Below are positions 38,446 to 51,610 of a stretch of 64,000 nt of DNA, in pieces (the first letter of the stretch is position 1; each line of letters opens with the position of its first letter). The position numbers were made by a program, and so were the translations under genes. The DNA is from Heteronotia binoei. Lineage: Eukaryota. The DNA is taken from contig NC_083240.1 of assembly GCF_032191835.1 (NCBI RefSeq), forward strand, positions 27,776,001-27,840,000, given 5' to 3'. The notes beneath the pieces are model-generated. The model was not told the DNA's origin, ran no database searches, and saw only the letters and a list, made by a program, of their open reading frames with translations.

Positions 38446-38774
38446 TATCAACATAAAATACATATACTCAGAAAATCCAGTTACTTAAAAACACTTTTAA
38501 ATCCAATAACATCCTTTGTAGTGTGCAACATTCAGCTTTCATGGTGTTGAGAGCAGAGAATCCCTGGGGAGGGGGGGGGGGTGCCAGCCCAAGAACCATC
38601 GCCACCCTCAAGCAAAAGCCTGGCAGAACATCTCTGCTTTGCAGGCCCTACAAAATTATAAAAGTCCTGGCCCTCATTGAAGATAGCCAGACCTAATGCT
38701 AAGGGAGCAAGGGAATTCATATCCACCTTCATCTTAGACGACCTGTTGATCAGGTCAAGCTTCATGAACAAGTC

Positions 38775-39675
38775 ATGCCAAGACACAGAGACAACTATCT
38801 GTTGTCCACAGGATCATGGGTTTCTGATCAACCTCCAGAAAAGCTCCCTATAACCCATGAAGAGACTAGAATATCTGAGCTTAAACGGCATCCAGTGGGG
38901 CCAACAACACACAAAATCACTTCAACTTCTGAGAACACTTCAATTACAGATCATGAACAGAGAGGATCTTTCCATTCGGGTTCTGTTATAAGTAAAAACA
39001 AGTCTGGTTTGATAGAAAAAACACCCAGTCTTCTGCAAGGGAAGAAATACAGTGTTACAGAAGTGAAACAGATCTTTATGGGTGCCAGCCAGTTCAGATA
39101 GGGAGCAATGCTGGAGGATTCCCCAGAACAATGATCAATGGTCCAAAAAGAAGATGAGACTACACTATCAACTTCCTAGAGCTGAGGGCAATTCACCTAG
39201 CCTTACTCCACTTCAACATGTTCAACAAGTTAGGGGGACAACATGTTCTATTCAGAACAGACAATGAATCTGCCAAACCTTATTATCAACAAACGGGGAG
39301 GATCATTATCCTTGGCACTCCACGAAGAGGCAATCAGGATTCTGATTTGGGCAAAGAATCTGGCTTTGATCATCCCAAAGCACATAAAGCGCTCAATGAA
39401 CATCCAGGCAGACTGGCTGAGCAGACAGATCATTCAGAAATGGGAATGGTTTCTGAAGAAAAATCTGCTCCAGCTAATTATCAGGGCTTTTTTTGTAGCA
39501 GGAACTCCTTTGCATATTAAGCCACACACCCCTGATGTAGCCAGTCCTCCTGGAGCTTACAGTAGGCCCTATACTAAGAGCCCTGTAAACTCTCAGAGGA
39601 TTAACCCTGCTAATCACATTCCATTTCAGTCCTCCACTGGTGAATCTTTGCCACACCAAAACCCCATTAAGTGAA

Positions 39676-39725
<50 letters not shown>

Positions 39726-40495
39726 CCACCACCACATTTTATTTGTATCCCGCCCTCCCCGCCGAAGCAGGCTCAGGGCGGCTAACTGGTACCTCACCAG
39801 ATTTTATCATCCCAGGGCTGAAGCAACAGATACCTTTATGTTTCAACGGCTAACAGCACTCCTGTTTGCTTATCCATGCACGCTGGTCCTTCCCAAATTG
39901 ATCCAGAAGATCAAGGGACAGAAGGTTGAAATCATCAAAGTAGCACCCTATCGGCCCCAGCATCCATGGTTCTCAGTCCTTCAGGAACAACATGATCTCA
40001 CACTTCCAATAACACCAGACATGATCCAACAAGGTCCAGTCTGGAATCAGCACCGGCTCTAGGGCAACGGTGTGGGGGGGAGGCAAACTAGGTGGTTGTC
40101 TTGGGCACCAGAGGCGGGAGCCCAATTCACCGTCTCCCGCCTAGTTTGCCTAGTGGGCGAGCCAGCCCTGTCTGGAATCCACATCCAGAATGGCTGCATT
40201 TAACTGCCTGGAGATCGAAAAGGATAATGAGGAAGTTAACAGACACCTCGTTAGCAGCAAGAATACAACCTGCTAGCAGAATTTACAATGTGTCCTGGAA
40301 GGTATCTGTCAGATGGAGCAGAAGGAAAGGTGTCAACCCCTTGAAACCAAGGATGAAGTCCATTCTGTCCTTTTTGCAAGATGGCCATGCCAACAGATTA
40401 AAGGCTTCCACACTTCAAGGTCGTAGACTTAATGACAGTACTGCCACATTTCCAGGGATTCTCTCTCCATGCATCCACAAATCCACTGCTTTCTC
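38775..40495 (+). mobile_element. DIRS-B part 2 (RT end, RNase H, MT-like domain, YR N-terminus), degraded
   Basis: HVLFRTDNESAK and MNIQADWLSRQ (DIRS RNase H); AYPCTLVLPKLIQKIKGQKVEIIKVAPYRPQHPWF (DIRS methyltransferase-like); SILSFLQDG (YR core-binding). Interrupted at about 39482-39790 by a MITE and an L2 tail. Confidence 0.82.
39676..39735. repeat. (CAT)16(CAC)4 microsatellite, expanded tail of an L2 copy
   Basis: Directly abuts the inverted L2 3' end at 39737-39788. Confidence 0.9.
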
Positions 40496-41658
40496 TTGAA
40501 AAAGAAACTAAAGCTTTCTTCCAAATGAATGAAAATCAGGACAGTCAATACCAGACCGTGTAGGACACGTATAAAGCTGTAATGAGAGGCATCTTAATTA
40601 TACTGAACAATAAAGACAGACGAGAAAAGGAAAAACAAATGGTGGATTTACAAAAAGAAATAGGCAAAAAAGAAAGAGAACTAAGAAAGAGACTGGGGAA
40701 AAAGAAAATTTTGTGGGAGATTACAATTTTACAGAGTCAATTGAAGCACCTATTGAATAAGGAGATGGAATGGAACCTAAAAATACTGCAGCAGAAATCT
40801 TTTGAGGGAGCTAACAAACCCGGGAAATACTTGGCGTGGCAAATGAAGAAAAAAAAGAAGAACCAATTTATAAACAAAATTATAGTTGAAGGTAAAGAGA
40901 TTATGGATCAAGCAGGAATTAAAAGTGAATTTTACAAACACTATACTAAACTATTTAAAGGCCAACAAGTAGATAAAGAGAAAGTCGAAGTGTACTTGCA
41001 GAAAGTAAAGAGTAAAGCTTTTAACAGAAACTATGGGAAAAGCCTTAAATGAACCAATTGAAAAAGTTGAACTAGAAGCAGCAATTAGTTCAATGAAATT
41101 ATGTAAAGCACCGGGTCCTGATGGTTTTTCAGCAAAATTTTACAAAGTCCTGGCAGACACATTAGTACCGAAGCTCCAAAAGTTGTTGAATATTATTAGA
41201 CAAGGGAAAGTGCCAAACACATGGAAGGAAGCAGTTGTTTCATTGATACCAAAAGGAAGACAGAGATGTCACATGTGTTAAAAATTACAGACCGATTTCA
41301 TTACTCAATAATGACTATAAAATATTTGCTAGGATACTAGCAGAACGACTCAAACAGCATTTAAACACTTTTATTCAGGAGGAGCAAGCAGGTTTTCTCC
41401 CCAGAAGGCAAATAAGAGACAATATCAGAACAGTAATAGATATTGTAGAATACTACGAAAAGCATCCAGAAAAAGAGGTAGCATTAATTTTTGCTGATGC
41501 AGAGAAAGCTTTTGACAACCTTAACTGGGACTTTATGTTTGCGATGATGGAGAAATTGAAATTAGGAAATGATTTTAGGAGAATGGTGATGGCAATTTAT
41601 ACAGAACAAAAAGCTAAACTTTGTGTGAGTGCAGATTTGACAGAACAAATGATAATTA
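40496..41658 (+). mobile_element. L1 ORF2 segment 1 (post-endonuclease region to RT)
   Basis: KSFEGANKPGKYLAWQ; KAPGPDGFSAKFYK; NYRPISLLNNDYKIFARIL; DAEKAFD. Confidence 0.9.
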
Positions 41659-41725
41659 ACATAATAAGAACATAAGAGAAGCCATGTTAGATCAGGCCAA
41701 TGGCCCATCCAGTCCAACACTCTGT

Positions 41726-41890
41726 NNNNNNNNNNNNNNNNNNNNNNNNNNNNNNNNNNNNNNNNNNNNNNNNNNNNNNNNNNNNNNNNNNNNNNNNNNN
41801 NNNNNNNNNNNNNNNNNNNNNNNNNNNNNNNNNNNNNNNNNNNNNNNNNNNNNNNNNNNNNNNNNNNNNNNNNNNNNNNNNNNNNNNNNN
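41726..41890. other. assembly gap (165 N)
   Basis: Run of N. Confidence 1.
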
Positions 41891-42230
41891 CCCTTCCCAC
41901 GGGTGGCTCAGGGCGGCTTCCAACAATAGATCCAGCATAAAATTAAGCAATATTTAAACATATAAGGGAATAAACATTTAAAACAGATAAAACCATAATA
42001 TTAATACACTGTGGCTAATAGCCACTGCTGGACCTCTGTTCCATATTTTTATCTAAACCCCTCTTGAAGATGGCTATGCTTGTGGCCGCCACCACCTCCT
42101 GTGGCAGTGAATTCCACATGTTAATCACCCTTTGGGTGAAGAAGTACTTCCTTTTATCCGTTTTAACCTGTCTGCTCAGCAATTTCATCGAATGCCCACG
42201 AGTTCTTGTATTGTGAGAAAGGGAGAAAAG

Positions 42231-42580
42231 CGTATTTTTCGCTCCATAAGACGCACTTCCCCCCCCAAAAAAAAAAGTGGGGGGAAAAGTGTGCGCGTCT
42301 TATGGAGCGAAGGTACGTACCTTCCTCTGGGGGGGGGAGCCATTCACTGCCTCCGTCTCTGATCCTGGCACTTCCCCCGCGCCTGCCTGCCTGGCTCCAG
42401 CTCTGACGCTTACAGCAAGCGCCAGGATCGCTCCCTCCGCCCTCCGATCCCAGCGCTTGCTTTAAGCATCAGAGCTGAAGCCAGGCAGGCAGGCATGGAG
42501 AAAGCACGCCGCCCCCTCCACAGCCGGCGCTCGCGAAGCGCTGGGTTTGCGGAGGGGGCGGGTGCTTCCTCCGTGCCTCT
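42231..42580. mobile_element. Tc2/pogo-like (Tc1-mariner superfamily) non-autonomous fragment inside CR1
   Basis: CGTATTTTTCGCTCCATAAGACGCAC terminus with internal inverted copy GCGTCTTATGGAGCGAA (17-bp stem, 42238-42254/42295-42311); CpG-rich. Confidence 0.6.
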
Positions 42581-43816
42581 CTCATTCTGTCCTTGATAAT
42601 GGTTTCTACCAACTTTCCCGGTATTGAAGTCAGACTGACTGGCCTGTAATTTCCCGGATCTCCTCTGGAACCCCTTTTAAAGATGGGGGTGACATTTGCT
42701 ACCTTCCAGTCCTCAGGAACGGAGGCAGATTTCAATGAAAGATTACAGATTTTTGTTAGAAGATCCACACCCGGACCCGGTGACTTATTAGTTTTTAATT
42801 CCTCCATCAGTTGTAGGACCTCCTCTTTTGTCACCTCAATCTGACTCAGGTCTTTCAACACCCCTTCCAAAATTAGTGGTTCTGGGGCGGGCAAAAAGTT
42901 CTCATCTTCCGCAGTGAAGACGGAGGCAAAAAATTCATTCAGCTTCTCAGCCATTTCCCTATCCTCCTTCAGTAATCCTTTTACCCCATGGTCATCCAAG
43001 GGCCCCACTGCCTCCCTGGCTGGTTTCCTGCTTCTAATATATTTGAAGAAATTTTTATTGTTGGTCTTTATGTTTTTTGCAATATGCTCCTCATAGTCCC
43101 TTTTTGCCTGCCTGATCACAGACTTGCATTTGATTTGCCACAGCCTGTGTTCCCTTTTACTAATCTCACTTGGACTGGTTTTCCACCGCTTAAAGGAGTC
43201 CTTCTTACCTTTTACAGCTTCCATTACTTTGTTTGTTAACCATGCAGGCCTTTTCTTATGCCTGTTTGTGCCTTTCCTAACTTGTGGTATGTATTTTATC
43301 TGAGCTTCTAGGATTATAGTTTTAAATAGTCTCCAAGCTTCCCCAAGGGTTTTGACCGTATTTACCTTTCCTTTCAGTTTCCTCCTCACATGCCTCCTCA
43401 TCTCAGTGAATTTATCCCTTTTAAAGTTAAACGTGGTTGTGGCGGTCTTTTTGGGCAACTCCCTATTTATACAAATGGTGAAATCAATAACATTATGGTC
43501 ACTGCTCCCAAGTGGCGCAATCACTTTTACATCTCTCACCAAGTCTTGGACATTACTTAGGACAAAATCTAGGATCGCCCCACCCCTGGTAGGTTCTGAG
43601 ACCATCTGCTCCATAGCACAGTCATTGAGAGCATCAAGAAACTCAATCTCTTTCTCTCGACCAGAACACATATCGACCCAATCAATCTGCTGGTAGTTAA
43701 AATCACCTATTACGACACAGTTTTTACATTTAGCCGCTATCTTTAAGCCTTCCATCATATTATAATCGTCCTCTCTCTTTTGATTTGATGGGCGATAACA
43801 AACTCCCATAGTTTAG

Positions 43817-45890
43817 TAATTAGTAAAGGTACAAGGCAAGGTTGCCCTCTATCTCAGCTGCTATTTATAATGACTTTGGAGATTTTGCTGATGCAAATCA
43901 AAGAGGATAAAGAAATAGAGGGGCTGAAACGGAAAGGTTTTTCTTACAAATATAGGGCTTTTGCAGATGTGATGTTTATTAATGAAAATCCATTACAGGT
44001 GACGCCATTGTCGTTAAGTAAAATTAAAGAGTATGAAGAGTTGGCGGGCTTCTATATAAATAAAGAAAAATCAAAAATTTTAAGCAAGAATCTGTCATTA
44101 AGCAAACAGAAAGAACTATAAAGCGTAACTGGGTGTGAAGTTACCTTGAAAGTAAAATATCTAGGTGTAGAGATCACGATAAGAAATATATAAAAACAAT
44201 TATGAAAAGCTTTGGCGTAAAATTGGAGATTTGTTAAAGTGAAATAAACTGAATTTGTCTATGCTGGGTAGGATCTCTGCAATCAAAATGAGTGTTCTAC
44301 CAAGAATGATGTTTCTCTTTCAAACAATTCCAATAGTGAAAGATATTAAACAATTTAATCATTGGCAAAAAAAGGTTTCAGAATTTGTATGGGCGGGTAA
44401 AAAACCAAGAATCAAAATGAAAATTCTGATGGATGCGAAAGAAAGGGGTGGCTTCCAGTTGCCCAATTTTAAGTTATACCATGATGCTGTCTGGTATGGA
44501 TTAAGGACTGGATAACTTTACTTAACACGAAATTATTGGCATTAGAAGACCATGGGAACATTTTTGGTTGGCATGCTTATATGTATTTTGGGAAGGAGAA
44601 GATGGATGGTTTTTTCTCACATTATTACATAAGAAAAAACTTGTTGAATACTTGAAAAAAAATATAATAAATATGGTGATGAGAGAAAACCACTATGGAT
44701 TGTGCCAATAGAAGTCATAAAGTTATCGTCAGATCCACAGGAAGATAAATGGTTATCATATAAACAACTGCTAAAAATACAGGGAGGCAAGGTGGAACTA
44801 AAACCGGTGGAAGAATTGCAGGACAAATTTAATTGGTACCAACTGCAACGAATCAAAAGCTTGGTGGAGCAGGATATTAGGAATACAGGAATAAGACAAG
44901 ACCAAACAGAATTGGAAAAAATGCTGTTTTTCAGGGATTTATGTTACTATTGAAATGGTCTACAGAAGAGGAAGTAGTGAAACCTCAAATGATAAAATGG
45001 GCAATAAATATGAAGAAATACAAATGGAGACATGGGAACACCTATGGAAGAACTCTATGAAAATATTGACGTGTTACACTATTAAAGAGAACTGTTTTAA
45101 AATGTTGTACAGATAGTATATGACACCTAAGAAATTAGCAAAAATGAATAATCAAATATCAGACAGGTGTTGGAAATGTAAAAAACATGAAGGTTCTTTC
45201 TACCATATGTGGTGGACTTGTGAAAAAGCGAAACAGTTTTGGCAAATAATTCAACAAGAGACCTCAAAAATTTTGGGTTATGACATTAAGAGAGCACCAG
45301 ATATCTTTCTGGTGGGATTACAAATGGAAAGTTTTCTGAAACAAGATAGGACATCGTTGTGGTACTTGCTTTCAGCTGCAGGGACACTATATGCGCAAAT
45401 GTGGAAGCAAGATAAAATACCAGAGAAATGGGACTGGATCTTAAAAGTGTTACACTGGAGTGAAATGGATAAACTTACTAGAATCTTAAAAGACTGTAAT
45501 TCAGAAAAATTTAAGGATGATTAGAAGAAATTTCAAGAATATGTTGAAAAGCAATGGAAAGTCAAGAGACACTTAGTGGTCTTTGATAATATTACATGAA
45601 CTTTTAATGGGAAGATAAAGTTTTAATATGGTTTTCTGATCTGATATGCAATTTTATAGGTGGTTAGATTATGAGAAAATTGTGTTATTGTGGAGAAGTG
45701 GAAGTGAAGATTCTATAATTGTGAATTTTACCTTTTTTTCTTTTTTTAATTACTTTAAGCACCGGCAGAAGTCAAGAAACTGAGGGTTGGGGGGAGGAGG
45801 AAATTTGTAATGTATTGGTTAACATCTTAAAGTATATGTTTAAATATATTTCAATATGTTGCAAAAATAAAAATTTGTTCTACAAAAAAA
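43817..45890 (+). mobile_element. L1 ORF2 segment 2 + 3'UTR
   Basis: ISKGTRQGCPLS; AFADV; KYLG; CWKCKKHEGSFYHMWWTC (CCHC); ends AATAAAAATTTGTTCTACAAAAAAA. Confidence 0.9.
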
Positions 45891-46818
45891 TCCTTACAAG
45901 GTACCAAGTGGTCATGTGGACAAATCCTACTTTTAAACCAGAAGTGAATTCATCCTTTCACAGATCTCAAGAAATCTGTCTTCCATCATTCTCTCCAAAT
46001 CCTTCTCCTCCTAAGGAAAGACTGCGGCACTCATTGGACATTCGACACATACTCAAAACCTTTATTTAAAGTTATTAGGGAAACAGATCTACTGTTTCAT
46101 CTCAATTTCTTCACTTAATAAAGCATTGAATATGTCAAGATTAGCCATCAGCAGTACCTTTAGGGCATGCATTACTGAAGTTTACAAAGCTAAAAAATTA
46201 GTCCTACCAATTGGGATTACCACTCACTCAGTCCAAAATGCAGCAACCAATGCAGCCTTAGCCAAACATGTCACAGTTGAAGAGGTCTGTGAAGCAGCCA
46301 CATTAGTGGCTACGACTCAACTGATGCAGTGTTTGGCAGATGAGTATTACAGCACATATTAGAAGCAGAAGATGACTGATCCACTCAGAAGCTAGGGACC
46401 CTGCTTTGGGAGGTCCCACCAAGATGTCCTCTGCCTCTGAGGAAAAACGGGGTCACTTTGTACTTACTGCAAAGGGTTCTTTCTCTCATCTGAGGAAAGG
46501 AAGATATCTTGTCCTTCCTGAAGTCATCATTTTTCACTCTTCTGTCCAGCAGGACCACTTCCTGTTTCTTCATTCTTATCTTACTGTTACCCTTTCTACT
46601 TGTTATGCTTTTAACAGTGTTGATTATTCAATAGCTTAGGAGGTTTGTTAACTGCTTTGGGAGTTTTCAGTACTAAGGAGATGGATGACCCCCATCAAGG
46701 AGACTGGAAGTGGAGAAACTTTGTACATGTTTCTCTGTTTGGAGGGTGGGAATCACCCACTAAGATGTCCTCCTTTCCTCAAAGGAGAAGGACCCTTCAT
46801 GGTAAGTACAAAATGGCC
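45891..46818 (+). mobile_element. DIRS-B part 3 (YR C-terminus, ICR, 3' terminus)
   Basis: EVNSSFHRSQEICLPSFSPNP...HSLDIR; GITTHSVQNAATNAA. The ICR at about 46421-46512 is complementary to the terminus at 46763-46810. Confidence 0.85.
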
Positions 46819-46859
46819 CATTTTAAAACTTGAACAGAAGATACCAATCTGACGTCTGT

Positions 46860-46990
46860 TCACTGGGTAATTTTCAGCCAGTCACTCTGTGCCTAACCTA
46901 CCTTACAAGGTTGACGTGGAGGATAAAATGAAGAGAACAATGTAGTAAGCCACTTTAAATTCCAAATGGAGAAAAAGCCAGGGTTCAAAT
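46860..46990 (+). mobile_element. Squam3-like SINE body/tail fragment
   Basis: CAGTCACTCTGTGCCTAACCTACCTTACAAGGTTG...GGATAAAATG. Confidence 0.55.
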
Positions 46991-49349
46991 ATCAAAACAC
47001 AGCTCTCATCTGTTCTTTGTATGGAAGACTTGGAAGGACTAGCCAAGACAGTTCAATGGAACAAATTCTGCATGTACCTACAAGATTCATATATAGATCA
47101 TGTTTCAAATGGTTACTTTTAGGTAAAATTAACTTGCAAACTGCCCTCTGGTTTCCACTGCAGAGCTATGCATGATCATCTTTATAACAATGCCTTAGCA
47201 ACAAAATGCCTGCTGATACTCTTGTTCAGCTGGGGGGGGGGACTCATTAATACTGCTACACACGCAATATCCAATTACAGCACTTGAAGCAAAAACAAAA
47301 AGTTGAGATCAGGCCAGAAAGGTGGACTTTCTACAGTCAAGACCACCTTCTAATCAGCAACTGGTAATTAAAAAAAAAAAGTCACAGAACATGTTCATTA
47401 GGTTTATTTACTATTTCTGTTCAAGCTTTAAAACTACACTGCACTGTTGCTACAGAGAATAGGAGGAACAGACCCATAAAATCCTCATGTTTAGTGGCTA
47501 CTTACAGACTTACAAATGCATGTCTAATATTCTTGATCTGAATGCCTGCTTCATCTTGGACCTCACAATCCATTATCGTTAGCTGGAAATCAAGACACAA
47601 TGAGCAGGCAAATTTCACAAGTTTCTGCCAAAACCGCATATGAAATCACTTAAGTGGTTCTTTCACAAGCCTAACCTCCCTCCTTTCCTTGCCACAACTG
47701 CAGCTGCCTCAGAGTCAGCTGTTCAAAAAAAGCTCTTAGCCAAGTTGTCAGTGCTAAGATTTCAGGAGTGACACCACCATTTGAATGCGAGTCATCTCTG
47801 AAACCTATCCCTCTGACAGCAGCTTCCATCATGCTCCACAGATATGGTTATTAAAGCATCAATGCCATTTAAATGGATCTACAGTTAGAATGCTCCAGGC
47901 ATTCAGAAAAGGCTGGTTATTCAGTGAAATACATGTGAGTTGTGTATCCACAAGAAATGTAATTACATACACACTAAAATGATTTACAGTGAATAAGACT
48001 GATTAAAGCAGAGATTGTTTCCTTGCTATCATAAAGATATCTCAGTATCAGAAGCTATTAACAGCTCATCTGTGCATGGGGAAAATTGTTGTAGTAGCAA
48101 ACCATCTCAGTCATACTTCCTGTATTGGTTGCAAACACAAGCATATATTGTCAAAAAGTTGTGGCACACCAATAAGGGTCAAGAGTAATGACCGGAACCC
48201 TGAAAGGTGCAGAATCAATGAAGAGCCTCTGATTTTGATTTAAAGATTTCTGTACAGCCAAGCACCCTATAGGGCTTTGTGTATTAGAACTTCAGGAAGT
48301 ACTGAAAAAAGCTTGTGAGGGGTTATGAACAGTAGACATGGGGGGTGTCATTTCAATTATTGTTTATAAGCCACTTTGAGCCAACGGAAAGGCAAAGCAA
48401 TTATTGTCTATAAGCAACACTGAGCAAAGAGAAAGGCAAGGAACAAATATATTTTAATAAAACTAATATTAAATTCAGTGGAGATCTAGCTGTCGCAACT
48501 CATTCATTACAACTCTCACAATCAACCCTTCAATATGCATTTAACGGAAACATATCTGCACCCATTTTCACTAGGCTGGACATGGAACTATGGCTGCCAA
48601 TTGATTTGATATGGAAACAAAGTATTTTGCTAGTAAATATTTACAGAAGGAACATTTCCTGCTTTTCATTCATTAGACAAGGAAAGAGCAATACAAAAAC
48701 AAGCTACTGGAAGTTTAAAAGTCACCTCATAGATTACATGTAGATAAGTGAAGAATGATTTTAAGGGGGAAAGCCTGCAGGGAACCAATGCACCCAGAAG
48801 AGATCATGCTTTCCATTCCCCCTCTCCAGCCACAGAACAGCACACTGCTACACAGCTTCTTGCTCAAAAGTTTCACAGCTCAAAAGGATTAGTAAACACG
48901 ACTGTTCCCAGTATAGGTATGTCCAAAACAAGTTCATCAGCAAAGCCTGCTACAATTCCCACAGTCCACAGCACACTGAACAGAGGCATGAACCAGTCAT
49001 TTTACAGCTGGAGTACTATGACGTTATATGGTAGAGTTATAATACAGCTTCAAGAGCCTTGAATTCTAAGCCCCTTTAAAACAGGAAGTTATGGCTTACA
49101 GAATCAGAGCTGAAAAAAGCTCAAGGTCACGCTGTTCAGCATTCACTAACAGAGACTGGTCCTCCATACTAACTACTTCCAGATTAGATTGAACCATACG
49201 GAATACCACACACTGTAAAAAATTGATACATCATAGGAAACTAAAAGTTTTAGTGAAGCTCAATGCTTCTGATGCACACACCATTTACTCTAAATGAATA
49301 CTGACTCCCAACACTGACAAGAAGATTTCCATGAGTTCCTAACCTATTA

Positions 49350-49451
49350 GGTATTTCAAGGTCTCCCATCCAAATACTTGCCAGAGTCAACTCAACTTAC
49401 CCCTTTTGATATCTGACAAGGTTGGGCTTGCCTGGGCTATCCAGGTCAGGG
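49350..49451 (-). mobile_element. 5S rRNA-derived SINE fragment
   Basis: Homologous to 8245-8374 (CCTGACCTGGATAGCCCAGGC...GATGGGAGACC). Confidence 0.65.
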
Positions 49452-51544
49452 ACACAATGAAATTGTTAACACCTGACATTAACAATTAAATACGACATCA
49501 CTAGAACAATCTTTTTCAAGATACACAAACCTTTCTCATCTACTTAGAAATTAATCTATTATCCTTTTTAAGTGCTTTTTAAAAGAGAAAACCTGACACT
49601 GATTTCATCCTTTTCTTTAATTTACTTTGTATGAATTTATCCTACAGCTAGTAGTGCCAAAACTGACCCAACCACCTACTGGTCCACCATTTAACTATGC
49701 CCTTAAACACATAAAAGGTTGCTTACTTTTAGTCAAGCTAAAATATGAAGGCTGCTGAAATATTGGGAGGGGGGAGTGAGAGATGAAGGAAGATGACTTG
49801 CCTCCTAAACTGGACACCCCATCTAAAACTTCTATTTCATTATTGCAATTTGACTTTCATTTTGCTGGAATGGAATAATAATATTTATTAAAACGAAGCC
49901 TTGGAGGCCTACAGCTGCAAGTCTGGCCCTTGCAGAAACTACCATTCTGACAAGAACAATTAATACTGAGCACTGGCCCTAATCGTGGTATGTTATTTCT
50001 TGACCTAAAATAAGCTGGTAGTCACAAAGGGCAGATTTCTGCTCTATCTTTGTATAGCTGTAGCACTGTCAAGCATATGCTGCATTAAAGGTCACTTGTA
50101 ATACCACACTTTGAGTAATGCTATTACTACATTTTGGGTACAGGATTACAGAGAACTATTCAAAAATGCTTCATAATCACAATGGAGAGAACACAAATAA
50201 CCTAAATAGTTTTTCTTATGTACTGAACAAAAACATTCCAATGACTTTGGAAGCCACTCCTTTTAATTTAAAGCCATAATTCTAAACATAAAGGGGGGGG
50301 GGGAGTCCTTCCTGAACTAAAAGCTAAGTTAGAACCAATTTTACTCTCAATGGTCTAAAGGGCACCAGATTATTTCAGGAACGAAAATTCAATATCACAG
50401 CCCAAACCCCAGAAAATGAAATAACTCCTAATGACTACCTTTAATGCACAGACACCAGAAGTAACAGCCAAAAGCCTTAATTTTCCAAGGGTACTGGAGT
50501 TAATCCTGAGTAGTAACTGAATGTGGTAGCATGACAGAAGTCCATTGCTGTTATATATAAATGTTTATCCAAGCATCATGTAGTTCTTACAAAGTAGTAA
50601 GTGGTGAGGGATCCTCCTCCAGAAAGGTTTCACCTCCATTATAGCTAATGGATACTGATCCTGCAATAGCAGCTGCATGATCTGTGATTAGCAGATCTAG
50701 GTAGGACTGGAAGGTTAAAGGATTCTCCCTAAAGGTAGAACTGGGTAATCTTAAGGGTTTTACCATTGTAAAGGTGTTCATACAAGCCAACCTTCCATCA
50801 CAAACAACCATACTTCATATTTAGAACAAAAATCACAACACCCACTTCACCCAGAATCATATACAGGTGTAGAATACCCAACACTGACATACTGCCAAGG
50901 GTAATGCTTTAAACATATAAAGGATAACTCACTCCTATGCAGTTACTCCAGTCTAAAATTCATTGATTTAAATGAGTTCACAAGGAATATACAGTATTAT
51001 TAAACATAATAAAATAATTTAGTCCAGGGCAACTCTGCAAAGGGTTGCACTGTAAACCATGTTAATTTTCAGTATATGCCAATAGACTGATTTCTACTGT
51101 AATTGAAATATAAGTGGGATCTGGTATCATAGATATGTCATATGTGTTTCAACTGTCCTTGCAATTAACTGCTACTAGTGACATGTGCATTCTAACAGTT
51201 GTGCCAAAAGGTTTACTGAAAGACAAAGACAATGAGAGTTTTATAAATTACACAGTGGAGAAAGCAGATAAAACTTTTGCTCCCTCTCTTTAGAACTCAG
51301 CTGCATCCAACAAAATTTATTCAGGTCACTCTAAGGGAAATACTTCATACTCAACAAAGAGGTAACCCCATCAATGGCTATTCACCATGGCCGCACCAGT
51401 GAACTGCAGAACACCAGCTCCCGGAGGTCTCTGGTTGTCCACTCTCAGAAACAGGATGTTAGAAATAAGAAGCACCCTTAATTTGGTCCGGCAGAGCTTT
51501 TATGTTTTGATACCTCATGACTATGAAATGCCTACCATCTTACT

Positions 51545-51610
51545 TAACTTTATTTATTGATTTCTCGGATTTGTATCCTGCCCTCCCCGCCAAAGCAGGC
51601 TCAGGGCAGT
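51545..51610 (-). mobile_element. L2 3' tail fragment
   Basis: TTTATTTATT...TATCCTGCCCTCCCCGCCAAAGCAGGCTCAGGGC. Confidence 0.65.

Larger units (their letters stand above)
41659..43816 (-). mobile_element. CR1 LINE (EN to RT start plus 3' end), nested in L1
   Basis: ORF 43809-42469 (GVCYRPSNQ, VIGDFN, SSDHN, GNYRPVSLTSIPGK); 3' end at 42020-42230 and 41659-41725; TSD TAATTA (41653-41658, 43817-43822). Confidence 0.9.

Noticed and set aside
39640-40062. Poly-histidine protein ORF
   Set aside because: A (CAT)n microsatellite from an L2 tail, fused by chance to a DIRS remnant frame.
42469-43809. 446-aa ORF as a host gene
   Set aside because: It is a CR1 ORF2 endonuclease/RT fragment running into a DNA-transposon insert.
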